A stretch of DNA of 64,000 bases from Octopus bimaculoides (GCF_001194135.2 NC_068982.1:126782144-126846143), one strand, 5' to 3'; shown: positions 14,038 to 25,700, counted from the stretch's first letter. Numbers and translations are program-made. The notes: generated from the sequence alone by a model not told the origin.

Positions 14038-14135
14038 CTTCCTACAGCTGTTTCCATTTGTGCTCATTAAATAAATTACAAATTTATGCTTTAAATTTGC
14101 CTTTATAAGACATGAGCAAAATATCATCAGGGAAA
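14038..14135 (-). ncRNA. Type I hammerhead ribozyme (Penelope-type, palindromic stem III)
   Basis: Minus strand: uuucc-CUGAUGA-uauuuugcucau...augagcacaaaug-GAAA-cagcug-UA-ggaag. Stem I has 5 bp, stem II 12 bp with one bulge, stem III is the palindrome ACAGCUGU, and the cleavage triplet is GUA. Confidence 0.78.
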
Positions 14136-14899
14136 AGGATATAATGAAAGATTATATAGAATTAAATTAGGCAGGCTAACCATTTACAAAGCTTTAAAAA
14201 TATGAATTGTACTTGATTAAATACGTTCATATGGGAATTAAAGAATAATAACATTAAATTTAATAGTAAATAGGAGATTGTTAGTTTTTTGAGGTCATAT
14301 AAAATCTCCAACAAACAATGTGAGATGTGTACTGAAGAAGTGTATAAAATACTTATATTTAGAAGAAATTTACTTGATTTAAAAAAAGGAAAAATGTATC
14401 TTGTCTTTATTCAGTGAAATATGTTTTCTAATTAAGCTTTATACTCATAATACAGGGTAATATTAAACTATATGATATACTATTCATATAACATCCCCTA
14501 ACATTTATGTGACATATTACCTATTGATGTAACAAACTAGCATTATTGAAAATGTTTTGTAATCATATCTATAAACACTAATTGAGATAATTGCTATTGA
14601 TTACACCACTTATGATGCATAATATATTTGACTTTATTACCTTAAATTAACAACTAAAATTTTAACAATATCCTAAACAATAATTAAAAATAGTTATTAA
14701 CTAATTTACAGAGATTAGCTTAATCACTACGCAGTGAATAGATTTCATAATTATTTTTATTAACACTAATTAAGATGATATAACATAACAAATTTCTATC
14801 TATAACTAATACAACAGTCTTTCCATATTTATACTTAACTGAATATCTAGAACTTTTATCTTATTAATTAAATAATATAGATAAACTAAATTCCCATAT

Positions 14900-15222
14900 A
14901 TCCGTTGCCAGTACCGCCTGACTGGCTCCTGTAGGATTTTCGAGCGAGATCGTTGCCAGTGCCCCTGGACTGGCTTGTGCGGGTGGCACATAAAAGACAC
15001 CATTTCGAGCGTGGCCGTTTTCGTGCGGGTGACACGTAAAAGCACCCACTACACTCTCTGAGTGGTTGGCGTTAGGAAGGGCATCCAGCTGTAGAAACTC
15101 TGCCAAATCAGACTGGAGCCTGGTGTTGCCATCCGGTTTCACCAGTCCTCAGTCAAATCGTCCAACCCATGCTAGCATAGAAAGCGGACGTTAAACGATG
15201 ATGATGATGATGATGATGATGA
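14900..15222 (+). mobile_element. RTE subfamily B 3' UTR insertion with (GAT)n tail
   Basis: Two gccagt...actggc subrepeats, gagtggttggcgttaggaagggcatccagctg, ending ttaaacgatgatgat. Confidence 0.85.
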
Positions 15223-15805
15223 TAATATCCTGAAATTCTTCCTATAAACTACATTTGTGATGACATAATGCACAAGATCTCTATTTATCTAGAATGCAAA
15301 TAAATTGTATATATTCATCATGCTGACTATATGGTAGATAAATACCTATATTTTATGTAGATATCATTTTAAGAAAATGTATTTAATAGAAGCACTAATT
15401 AAATCACACTAATATACAAATAAATACTATCAAATTGATGGTTACAATGCGTATATTCGTGTACTTTTTTACATATATTTTTATATATGTATATCTGTAT
15501 GTACATATTTATCTATATATGTATATTCTATCCTATGTAATTTTATTTTTGTCCTACTTTTATTTATTTAATTTTAATTTTAATTTTATTTCTTTCCTAT
15601 TTTTATACCTTTTATTTTTATAGTATTTTACTTTTTATATTATTTCATTTTATTCTACCTTATTATTTATTTCATTTTATTTCTTATTATATTCAAGTTA
15701 ATTCATTAACCCTCACGCACATACAAAAATAAAAATAAAATAACTTCATATATTTAGTCTGCTGGTATGAACTAAGAGGTCAACATGTAATAGTTCATTA
15801 TATCT

Positions 15806-15905
15806 TTTACCCTGATGATATTTTACTCATATCTTATAAATGAAAATTTAAAGCATAAATTTGTAATTTATTAAATGAGCACAAATGGAAGCAGCATGTA
15901 AGAAG
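15806..15905 (+). ncRNA. Degenerate hammerhead copy
   Basis: CTGATGA at 15812-15818 and stem II are retained, but GAAA has become GAAG and stem III is cagcatgta (extra base); likely inactive. Confidence 0.6.
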
Positions 15906-16369
15906 TAAGAATTATCAATTTATCAATAAATAATTACTAACTTTCAACTCACCGTTTTCTTTTCTTCTGTTAATTGAATACGGATTATATGCATAATATA
16001 TACTTATTGATTTAGGGAAATTTTATTTCCCAAAAATATTAGGTATAGAACCAGTGTTTTTTTGGATGTAATCATCCCATTTAGAGGTTAATATATCCTC
16101 TAATTAACTCTAATTAACTATATATATATCGTAAATATGAGGGTAGTAAATTAAAATAGTTTATTACCAGTGGTTAGCATACATAAATAAAAGTCATAAG
16201 GCATAACATATTTTTAAAGATATGTGGTTTGGGTTTTAACTGTCCTTTTTAGCATGTCAGAAGTCCTGTCAATGATCTCCTCTTTGTGTCTAAAAATATT
16301 TTATACACTCTTTTTTAAATATATATACATATATATATATATATAGATACATATAAAAATCGAAATCAA

Positions 16370-16602
16370 ATCCCGGTTGTGCCCTTGAGCAAGACACTTT
16401 ATTTCTCATTGCTCCAGTCCAAACAGCTGGCAAAAATGAGTAATACCTGTATTTCAAAGGGCTGGCCTTGTCACACTGTGTCACGCTGAGTCTCCCTGAG
16501 AACTACATTAGGGGTACACGTGTCTGTGTATTGCTCAGTCACTTGCACGTTAATTTCATGAGCAGGCTGGGACCCTCGTTGTCATAACCGACAGAGTGCT
16601 CC
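16370..16602 (+). mobile_element. SINE fragment sharing the family 2 body but with a different upstream segment
   Basis: ccttgagcaagacactttatttc... joined to cctgtatttcaaagggc...ttgcacgttaatttcatgagcaggctg. Confidence 0.7.
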
Positions 16603-17078
16603 TTTTAATGAATGCAATGTTATTACCAGTTTGAATATGCTAAAAGCACATTTGAACTTGTAAACAAGCCATTCACTGTGTTTTGTCATGGACAAAATTT
16701 CTTGCAGTAGCCATATGAAATAAGTACACCCAAATCAGCTCACAGCACCATCTATCCAGACTTTGAGAAGCAAGCATTTCAGGGGCAGTTATCTCCTCTT
16801 CACTCACAGAAACCAGGTGCTGTAGACACATGGTGTAAATACACCCAATCAGCTTGCAGCACTACCATCCAGTTTCTATGACTGAAGAGAAGATAACTAC
16901 TCTGAAATACTTGCATCGCACAGTCTGGATAGGTGGCGTTGTGAACTGATTTGGGCGTATTTACACCATATGTCTAGAGCGTGAAATTTGCTCTATGATA
17001 AAACATATTGAATGACTTGTTTAAAAGTCCAAATGTGTTTTTAGCATATTTGAACTGGTAATAACATTGCATTTAAAA
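16603..17078. mobile_element. Foldback/palindromic MITE-like element
   Basis: Arms 16611-16815 and 16872-17073 are diverged reverse complements; ~55 bp spacer. Confidence 0.75.
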
Positions 17079-17560
17079 CCATGTGGTTGAGAAATGAAAT
17101 TCTCAACCACAGAGCCACCCACAACATATGATGGCAGTAAAATCGCCTTTGTATGTTAAATAGTCAAACATTCACAATAGTATTTACAAGATAAAGACGG
17201 TAACGTCACATCAGTATTTCAGAAGATAGAAGCAAAAGAATTATAGTTGTTACATTTTGGGAAGATTTACAGAATGTCATTGAAATTTATAAATCTGTAG
17301 AATTATCGTGGAACCAGAAGCCTTGCTTTCATTCAATTGAAAATATAACAATGAAACAGTTTCTAATTGGTTACAAACAGATTATATTTGATAAGTGATT
17401 AGTAGTTTAGTATGTGACAGGTAAGAGTTCATTAATGCAATTATGAAGGAATTCAAAACTGTGTGTTCATTGGATAGTCTTTGAGTATAAACATGTGTGT
17501 GTGTGTGTGTGTGTATCTGTGCATGTGTATGTTGCATATGAATGTGTATATGTACATGTG

Positions 17561-17621
<61 letters not shown>

Positions 17622-17664
17622 TGTATGTATGTATGAATGTATGTATATGTATATATATATATTC

Positions 17665-18056
17665 TTTTATATGTTTCAGTTATTTGACTGTGGCCATGCT
17701 GGAGCACCACTTTTAGTCAAGAAAATCAACCCCAGGACTTATTCTTTGTAAGCCTAGTATTTATTTTATCTGTCTCTTTTGCCGAACCGCTAAGTTACGG
17801 GGACGTAATCACACCAGCATCGGTTGTCAAGCGATGTTGGGGTACAAACACAGACACACAAACATATACACACACACATATATATATATACATATATACG
17901 ATGGGATTCTTTCAGTTTCCATCTACCAAATCCACTCACAAGGCTTTGGTCAGCTCGTGGCTATAGTAGAAGACACTTGCCCAAGTTGCCATGCAGTGGG
18001 ACTGAATCCAGAACCATGTGGTTCGAAAGCAAACTACTTACCACACAGCCACTCCT
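17665..18056 (-). mobile_element. SINE family 1, full length with internal (TA/CA)n
   Basis: Both the tRNA-like head and the 3' body are present, joined by a dinucleotide tract. Confidence 0.88.
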
Positions 18057-18057
18057 A

Positions 18058-18217
18058 ATTCATCATCATCATCATCATCGTTTAACGTCCGCTTTCCATG
18101 CTAGCATGGGTTGGACGATTTGACTGAGGACTGGTGAACCAGATGGCTACACCAGGCTCCAATCTGATTTGGCAGAGTTTCTACAGCTGGATGCCCTTCC
18201 TAACGCCAACCACTCCT
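18058..18217 (-). mobile_element. RTE subfamily B 3' end
   Basis: catcatcatcgtttaacgtccgc...ggatgcccttcctaacgccaaccactc. Confidence 0.85.
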
Positions 18218-18446
18218 AAATAATTAACTAAGTTCTAGTTAACTGACAATAAAACAGAAATTAGATAAAACTAGCGCATGGGTTTTTTATTGGCAGTTTC
18301 ACTCTTCCAAAGTATAACAACATTTGTTTTAACACAATTTTCATTCAAGTATCTTCGCAAACTGAATGCAAAAGTACATTACAAAATTAAGACTTTTAGA
18401 GTTTCCTAATGATTTGGTCTTGACAGTAATCAGCTTCAGAAAGTAT

Positions 18447-18620
18447 CAAGCTGGCAGGAACATTAGCATGCTGGGCAAAATGCTAAGCAGTATTTTGTCT
18501 GTCTTTACATTCTGAGTTCAAATTCCTCCAAGATCAACTTCGCTTTTCATCCTTTCGGGGTTGATAAATTAAGTACCAGTTGCATACTGGGGTCGATATA
18601 ATCGACTGCCCCCCCTACCC
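18447..18620 (+). mobile_element. tRNA-headed SINE family 3
   Basis: gaacattagcatgctgggcaaaatgc...gagttcaaattcc...cctttcggggttgataaattaagtaccag; also at 49765-49975, 7768-7915 and on the minus strand at 38.55 and 39.55 kb. Confidence 0.75.
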
Positions 18621-18784
18621 CCCTACCTTTCATTCTGAGCGAAAGGACCTTTGTTACCAGCAGATGTAAGAGCTCTCTGAACTTTGCCCAAGCTATTCGT
18701 ATTCTAGCAGCTACACTCTCAGAGCATCCACCTCTATTATTGACTTGGTCACCTACGTAACAAAAGCTATGCATCCACATATAT

Positions 18785-19300
18785 ATCATCATCATCATCA
18801 TCATTGTTTAACGTCTGCTTTCCATGCTAGCATGGGTTGGACAATTTAACTGAGAACTGGCAAACCAGATGGCTGCACAAGGTTCCAATCTGATCTGGCA
18901 GAGTTTCTACAGCTAGATGCCCTTCCTAACGCCAACCACTCTGAGAGTGTAGTGGGTGCTTTTACGTGCCACTGGCACGAGGGCCAGTCAGGCACTACTG
19001 GCAACAGCCACGCTCAAATGGTGTTTTTTATGTGCCACCTGCACAGGAGCCAGTCCAATGGAACTGGCAATGACCTCGCTTGAATGCTTTTTCATGTGCC
19101 ACCAGCACAAGTGCCAGTATGGCGACACTGGTAACAATCACGCTCAAATGGTGCTATTTACGTGCCACCGGCACGGAAGCCAGACAGCTGCTCTGGCAAT
19201 AATCATGCTTGGATGGTACTGTTAGCTCTTAACTGGCACAGGTGCCAGTCATCGAATTTGGTTCAATTACGATTTCGATTTCACTTGCCACAACAGTTTA
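18785..19300 (-). mobile_element. RTE subfamily B 3' UTR with multiple subrepeats
   Basis: (CAT)n tail, ggatgcccttcc motif, and 4-5 copies of the ttttacgtgccac subrepeat. Confidence 0.85.
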
Positions 19301-19726
19301 GTGNNNNNNNNNNNNNNNNNNNNNNNNNNNNNNNNNNNNNNNNNNNNNNNNNNNNNNNNNNNNNNNNNNNNNNNNNNNNNNNNNNNNNNNNNNNNNNNNN
19401 NNNNNNNNNNNNNNNNNNNNNNNNNNNNNNNNNNNNNNNNNNNNNNNNNNNNNNNNNNNNNNNNNNNNNNNNNNNNNNNNNNNNNNNNNNNNNNNNNNNN
19501 NNNNNNNNNNNNNNNNNNNNNNNNNNNNNNNNNNNNNNNNNNNNNNNNNNNTTTATATAAAATGAAATTTGAAAAAAACTAATATATTATTGGTTTATGT
19601 CATTTGATTTTGTAACAGCTGTGCAACACCACATGTTATGCAGAGTATTATAATGTTTTTAAGGCAATTAAGGGACAAATATTACAATCATCTTCTCTAT
19701 GGTAGAACATTCAATGTAAACTTTTA

Positions 19727-20262
19727 TGGAGCGTTGATATATGGGAAAAGGTTCTCATTGAAGATGAAAGGAAGAGCCTATAGGAGTTGTGTGAGAGCTG
19801 CAATGTTGTATGGGAGTGAGACATGGTGTCTGAGGGAGATAGAGAGATGGTAATTTTGAGAAGGACTGAGAGAGCTATGGTGAGAGAAATGTGTGGGGTG
19901 AAGCTGTTTGATAAGAAGAGGACTGAGGACTTGAGGTTGGAGGAATTGGTGGAACGGCTGTCAAGGGCAAATGGAATGTGGTGGTATGGGCATGTGTTGA
20001 GGAGGAATGAAGAGCATGTTCTGAGGAGTGTGCTTGTGTTTGAGGTAAATGGACCGCAAGAACAAGGTAGACCAAAGAAAACATGGAGTCAACAGGTGAG
20101 GGAGGAGATTGGGCGGATTGCCTTGAGAAGGGAGGATGCCCCAAACTAGGCAAGAGGCCAAGATTGTGTGAGGGAGATTGCTATGGCATTGAGGTAGATC
20201 CAGCCACCCCCATTAACAGGGACAAAACCCAGATTTAAAACACTGGATGATGATGATGATGA
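19727..20262 (+). mobile_element. RTE subfamily A 3' fragment
   Basis: YGKRFSLKMKGRAYRSCVRAAMLYGSETW...WYGHVLRR...GRPKKTW; 3' UTR matches 12000-12105; (GAT)n tail. Confidence 0.9.
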
Positions 20263-20904
20263 TGGTAAGTAACAAAAAGAAAAAGGAAACTGTTCAGAGT
20301 TTTGGCACAAACTTGTGAAAAACAGAGAAGATTAATGGAAAGAAATACAGGAAAGTATAAATAGAGATTATGTGGAGGAACATGGCTTAGTAGTTAGGGT
20401 GTTCGACTCATGATCATAAGATTGTAGTTTCAATTTCTAATGTTATGTTCTTAAGCAAAACACTTCATTTCATATTACTCCAATCCACTCAGCTGGTTAA
20501 AATGAGTGATCATGTGACAGATCAGCATCCCATCCAAGGAAGAATATATACAGCAGAGAAACTGGGAAACTGGCCCTATGCTTCCTAGGGAGTAACATGG
20601 ATGAACCCACAATAAAATATTAAAAAGATGAGCATGCAGGAGATTAGATATAAGAAGCCATGTCAGATGTCTCACTATTCTTTCTTTTATTCTTTTACTT
20701 GTTTCAGTCATTTGACTGCGGCCATGCTGGAGCACTGCCTTTAGTCGAACAAATCGACCCCAGGATTTATCCTTTGTAAGCCTATCGGTCCCTTTTGCCG
20801 AAACAATCAGTTACAGGGACGCAAATACACCAACATCAGTTGTCAAGTGATGGTGGGGAGAGAAACACAGACACACACACACACACACACATATATACAC
20901 ACAT

Positions 20905-21465
20905 CATCATCATCACTATCATCATCGTTTAACGTCTGCTTTCTATACTGGCATGGGTTGGACGGTTTGACTGAGGACTGGTGAGCCAGAGGCTGCACCA
21001 GGCTCAATCTGATCTGGCAAAGTTTCTACAGCTGGATGCCTTTCCTAATGCCGACCACTCCAAGAGTGTAGTGGGTGCTTTTTATGTGCAGCCAGCACGA
21101 GGGCCAGTCAGGTGGTTCTGGTAACGACCGCGCTCAAAAGGTGTTTTTACGTGCTACCTGCACGGGAGCCAGTCCAGCGGCACTGGCAATGACTATGCTC
21201 AAATGTTGTTTTTAATGTGCCACCGGCACATGTGCCGGTAAGGTGATGCTGGCAACGATCATGCTTGAATGATGCTTTGCATGTGTCACCAGCACAAGAG
21301 CCAATCCGTGGCCCTGGCAACGATCATGTTCGGATATGCTTCTTTTAACGTTCCACTGGCATGAGTGCCAATCAGGCGATATTGTCATCGGTCACATCAG
21401 CGATTTTGATTTGTTTACACTTGCCTCAATAGGTCTTCACAAGCAAGGTTTATTGTCCAATGAAT
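20905..21465 (-). mobile_element. RTE subfamily B 3' UTR
   Basis: Same motifs as 18785-19300. Confidence 0.8.
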
Positions 21466-23259
21466 GAGGGATATTCACTAGTATAGGCCATGGGCTATGG
21501 TCTCACTTGGCTTGTCAGGTCTACATATGTCTGTATGTATGTATACAACGGGCTTCTTTCTGTTTCTGTCTACCAAATCCACTCACAAGGTTATGGTCGG
21601 CCCGAAGCTATAATAAGAGACACTTGCCCAAGGTGCTATGCAGTGGGACTGAACCCGGAACCATGTGGTAGGGAAGCAAGCTTCTTACCACACAACCACT
21701 CCTGCACCTACAGTAATTTTCAACTTAGTTTCAGAAGATAATTACAATGAAAATATAAATAATGTAAATTAATTCAGTTCAGAAAATATTCGTAGAATTT
21801 ATTAAAGAGACAGTGATAATAATATTTTCTATTTTTGAAAAGAAGAATATGCAAGTGGTACACATTACATCATGCAAAAGAGGGCTCTAATCAGTGAATA
21901 TACAGCTGACACTCAAAAGCAAGAGAGCAAAATAATTAACAGAAAGAGAATGGCTGTCTGGTTATGAAAAGAATGTAAGTAAATGCAAAAGGCTTGATTA
22001 TCTACATGATCAATGTAGATTCCTATTGCAAGCATAAACATTTATAAATTTTTATAAACAACATTGCTGAAATCAATGGATATTCATTCTAAAATGCGAA
22101 ATTGCTTGGAAGACACTAAATCCACTGAGATTTGGAAGAGAGCGAAAGAAAACAGACAGAAAAATAGTTGAATTTATAGAAGTTTTTATATCGTTTGATT
22201 TTGATAGATGTATCTAAGGTCATTTAAGAGAATGAGAAAAATAAATTATTTTAAATACATGAGTTTCAGGGATTTCACTTTTCAAAATGTAACCAGAAAA
22301 ATGTCTAACTTTCTTGAGTTTTTATATAGTTTCTGTTAGAATTTCTATATTTCTATATGAGTCATGCAAGGTTGTATACGCCCATCACCACTGTTCACTC
22401 TCTATTCATTAGCAATACTTGTGGAAGTATTCTGTAAATCAACTGAAAGTGTATACAATACAGACATCCTTATGCTAACCTATGTAACTTATTAGTATTT
22501 AAACTTTTATACCTGTCCCAAATCTTCTACATCTTTTATGTTCAAACCAAGCAGATTTGGCCTCTCACATCAACATTACAATGTCATTCTAAAAATAAAC
22601 GATTACATCATCGAAACCTCAAAGCTGTATGATTAATCCAAAACAATGTAAATAAATAAGCATTATATTTGATAAATTTAAATTTTAAAGGGTTAAGGGG
22701 TCTGACCTTAGATCACAGGCCATGTCTCCTGTCTGAGGAGAACATTCACCCCTTCGTCCCCCAGTCTTTATTCCATGGAGTTCCTTTCCTCTTCTGACTA
22801 AGCAATAAAAGAAAAAAAATATACAAAATGTTGTACTTAAAGAAATATCAGATCTTTGTAGGTTTTTGCCACTGTTTACAATTTTGTTCTAATTGTTTTC
22901 TAATTTGGTATATGGATTAAGGTTTGTATACTAATTATGAAAATGAAATTTACTTTTCCTATAAATTCATAATTAAACAGTTACTAACCTTTAAAATTTG
23001 CAAAAGTTTGGTATTTTAGCCAATCAGAAGTAAGTATTTTATATATCACCATGACAAAAATTTCTATTTCAACAGTAACCAAAGCAAAGAAACACCACTT
23101 GTTGCATAGCTGATTGTGAAGTACTGTTTCCATAGTAACCAAAGATGTTGCGCATGCACACAAAGAGGAGAAGGAGATACGAGAAAGATAATTTATTTTA
23201 TAAAATCCTGGTTTAATGTTTTGCCATGCCGATGCTTCCCCACTCCCCTGTAAAAAGTA

Positions 23260-23580
23260 CCCTTCACTTGTAGGGCATTATGCTGTGCTTGAGAAGACCT
23301 GTTGAGTCAATTGAAATCATTGTCATGGCCGATGCCAGTGCTGCCTGACTGGCACCCATGCTGGTGACACATAAAAAGCACCATTTGAGCATGATCAATG
23401 CCAGTGCCACCTGACTGGCTCCCATGTCGGTGGCATGTAAAAAGCACCATTTGAATATGGTCAATGCCAGTGCTGCCAGACTCACCCCTGTTCCAGTGGC
23501 ATGAAAAAGCATCCACTACACTCTTGGAGTGGCTGACATTAGGAAGGGCATCCAGCTGTAAAAACCTTGCCAAAACCTTG
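23260..23580 (+). mobile_element. RTE subfamily B 3' UTR with three 66 bp subrepeats
   Basis: atgccagtg starts at 23332, 23398 and 23464. Confidence 0.85.
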
Positions 23581-23589
23581 TCGGATGTG

Positions 23590-24420
23590 TTGTCTGTGAA
23601 TTCTTGTACATTGGCAGAGGGAATTGTTTGTTTTGCCAATGTAATTTTCCTTGCAGTTGGGGGCAAGTGATGCAGTATATGAGATTCTGCATCTTGCAGT
23701 TCATATCTGCATTTACTTTGAATGAGAATCTGCTCTTGAATTTTATGTGGGAACCATTTTCTAAGTATTTAAAGTTGTTATTGCATGTTCCACATCTACT
23801 ATCTCCACATTCTTTTATGGAGAATCTTGATTCATTCTCTGATGTGAATTTTGCTTTTGTGAGGTGTTTTTTGAGATATTTTGGTTGGCGTCTACTGTTT
23901 CGTAAGGGATTTTTATCAGTCAGATTTTTCATTTTGGGGATTTGTATAAGTATAGGTAGGCTTGATTTTATGGTGTGAAAGATGTTGGCTACCCCATGAT
24001 TGTATGTATTGATAAATAGAATAATGTGTTAATAAATTTTTTCCTTCAGTATCCTTAATTGTGCGATACTCAGCTTCCTTGCCTTTTTAATTCCCTCATT
24101 TATTAATCCTAAGGGGTATTTCTGCTTTGTTAGGCAGTCTTTGAGCTTGTAAAGTCGGATTTAGTGTATTTTGGGGTCAATGATTATAGTACAGATGTCT
24201 TGCCAAGCTATTAAACATTTGTAGGTACTCATCTGATTTGTCCCAAAAGATGAAGCATTTCCACTTTATAATGATGTGTTTCTTGCAATCCTCCTTAAAA
24301 GCCCTCTCTACTTCCTCATAAAGCTTGTCTTTCAAGTATCCCATGACTAGGTTAGCATATGAGGGTGCAAACTGCGTTCCCATAGCTGTGCCCTTTACCT
24401 ATCGATATATTTATTTTATT
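23590..24420 (-). mobile_element. Penelope-like element RT and GIY-YIG fragment
   Basis: KGTAMGTQFAPSYANLVMGYL (PLE RT) followed downstream by CGDSRCGTC...FKVNADMNCKMQNLIYCITC (start of PLE endonuclease). Confidence 0.85.
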
Positions 24421-24601
24421 ATCAAAACTAAAAAAGCGGGGACAGGGACACATAGCATGACTGATTTGCTAAATGAATCTTAATGGTTAAAGATTAAGAA
24501 CAACTGAGGCAAAAATATATTCTGTAAAGATATCTACTTCATTGCTCTACCATTTCTGTCCACATCAGTAATTTCATTGTCCAACTACAGACAAATCCTG
24601 T

Positions 24602-25298
24602 TTTCTTGGCGTTATTATCAACTTTAAAAGCAAATTTTCTGTCTTGTGACAAAGAACTTTCTTGAAACGATTTTCTAGTTTCCTTCATAGCATATAAAAC
24701 TTGTACATATATTCAAATTTTACAGATAAAATACATAACGCTATTCATAATTGTTTCTAACATAGACACAAAGCAACAATCTGTGTGCGTGCGGTGGGGT
24801 GTTAGAAGATTAAATCAAAGTTGATCTCGGAGGGATTTGAACTCTGAATGTTAAATGTCATAAAATACTGTAAGGCATTTTGTATGATGTTAACAAGAAA
24901 TCTGTATGAACACTCAAGCCTTCAAGAGTTACAGGCATATTTAATTGTAGAGCTGAGTTACGTCCCTTTATTTATCAGTTTGCCTGCGAAAATTAAATGA
25001 ATATGAGTTACTTCCCATGATATTTCTAGTTTGGTCCGCAATAGTTTCTTTTTTGTAAGAATTTAATAAATCGTAATTTGGTCAGACTAAGTAGAAAGAG
25101 CCTAGGAAAAAAATTATACTTATATAAACTTTCGTAAAAAAAATTACTTGATGCAGTTACAATAATCAGAAAAAGATTTTTTTTAAGCTATTAAACTATT
25201 AATAAAATTTTTCTTTTATTTAACGGAATGTCATTAATCTTGTGGAAATCTTGCATACAGTGTATATTTTATGTCTAGTGTAAATTTTGTGTGTACAC

Positions 25299-25332
<34 letters not shown>

Positions 25333-25429
25333 GTATATGTGAGCAATAATTTTGAATTTGATTATGCTGTTTAAAGAACATTCACTGTCTTCAGCTACCT
25401 GATTCCATCAACAGTAAGTACCACTGGAT
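24602..25429 (+). repeat. Local duplication, copy 1 (direct copy at 28008-28795)
   Basis: Near-identical from tttcttggc.ttattatcaact through taagtaccactggat. Confidence 0.92.
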
Positions 25430-25700
25430 GTCTCACTCCCATACAGCATTGCAGCTCTCACACAACTCCTATAGGCTCTTCCTTTCATCTTCAATGAGAA
25501 CCTTTTCCCATATATCAATTCTCCATAAAAGTTCACATCAAATGTTCTTCCATAGAGAAGATGATTGTAATATTTGTCCCTTAATTGCCTTAAAAACATT
25601 ATAATACTATGCATAACATGCAGTGTTGCACAGCTGTTACAGAATTAAATGACATAGACCAATAATATATTAGTTTTTTTCAAATTTCATTTTATATAAA
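25428..25700 (-). repeat. Inverted copy of 19552-19824
   Basis: Shares unique flank plus RTE junction; ORF-track peptides at 19638 (+) and 25614 (-) are nearly identical. Confidence 0.92.

Larger units (their letters stand above)
13955..15995 (+). mobile_element. Penelope-like element remnant: GIY-YIG C-terminus flanked by inverted hammerhead-bearing ~200 bp repeats
   Basis: 14166-14413 reads in one frame ANHLQSF...FIWELKNNNIKFNSK*EIV...SYKISNKQCEMCTEEVYKIL...NLLD. 13955-14150 is the reverse complement of 15790-15995. Confidence 0.72.

Noticed and set aside
23330-23510. CRISPR-like regularly spaced repeats
   Set aside because: Whole units are homologous with no unique spacers, the context is a eukaryotic RTE UTR, and there are no cas genes.
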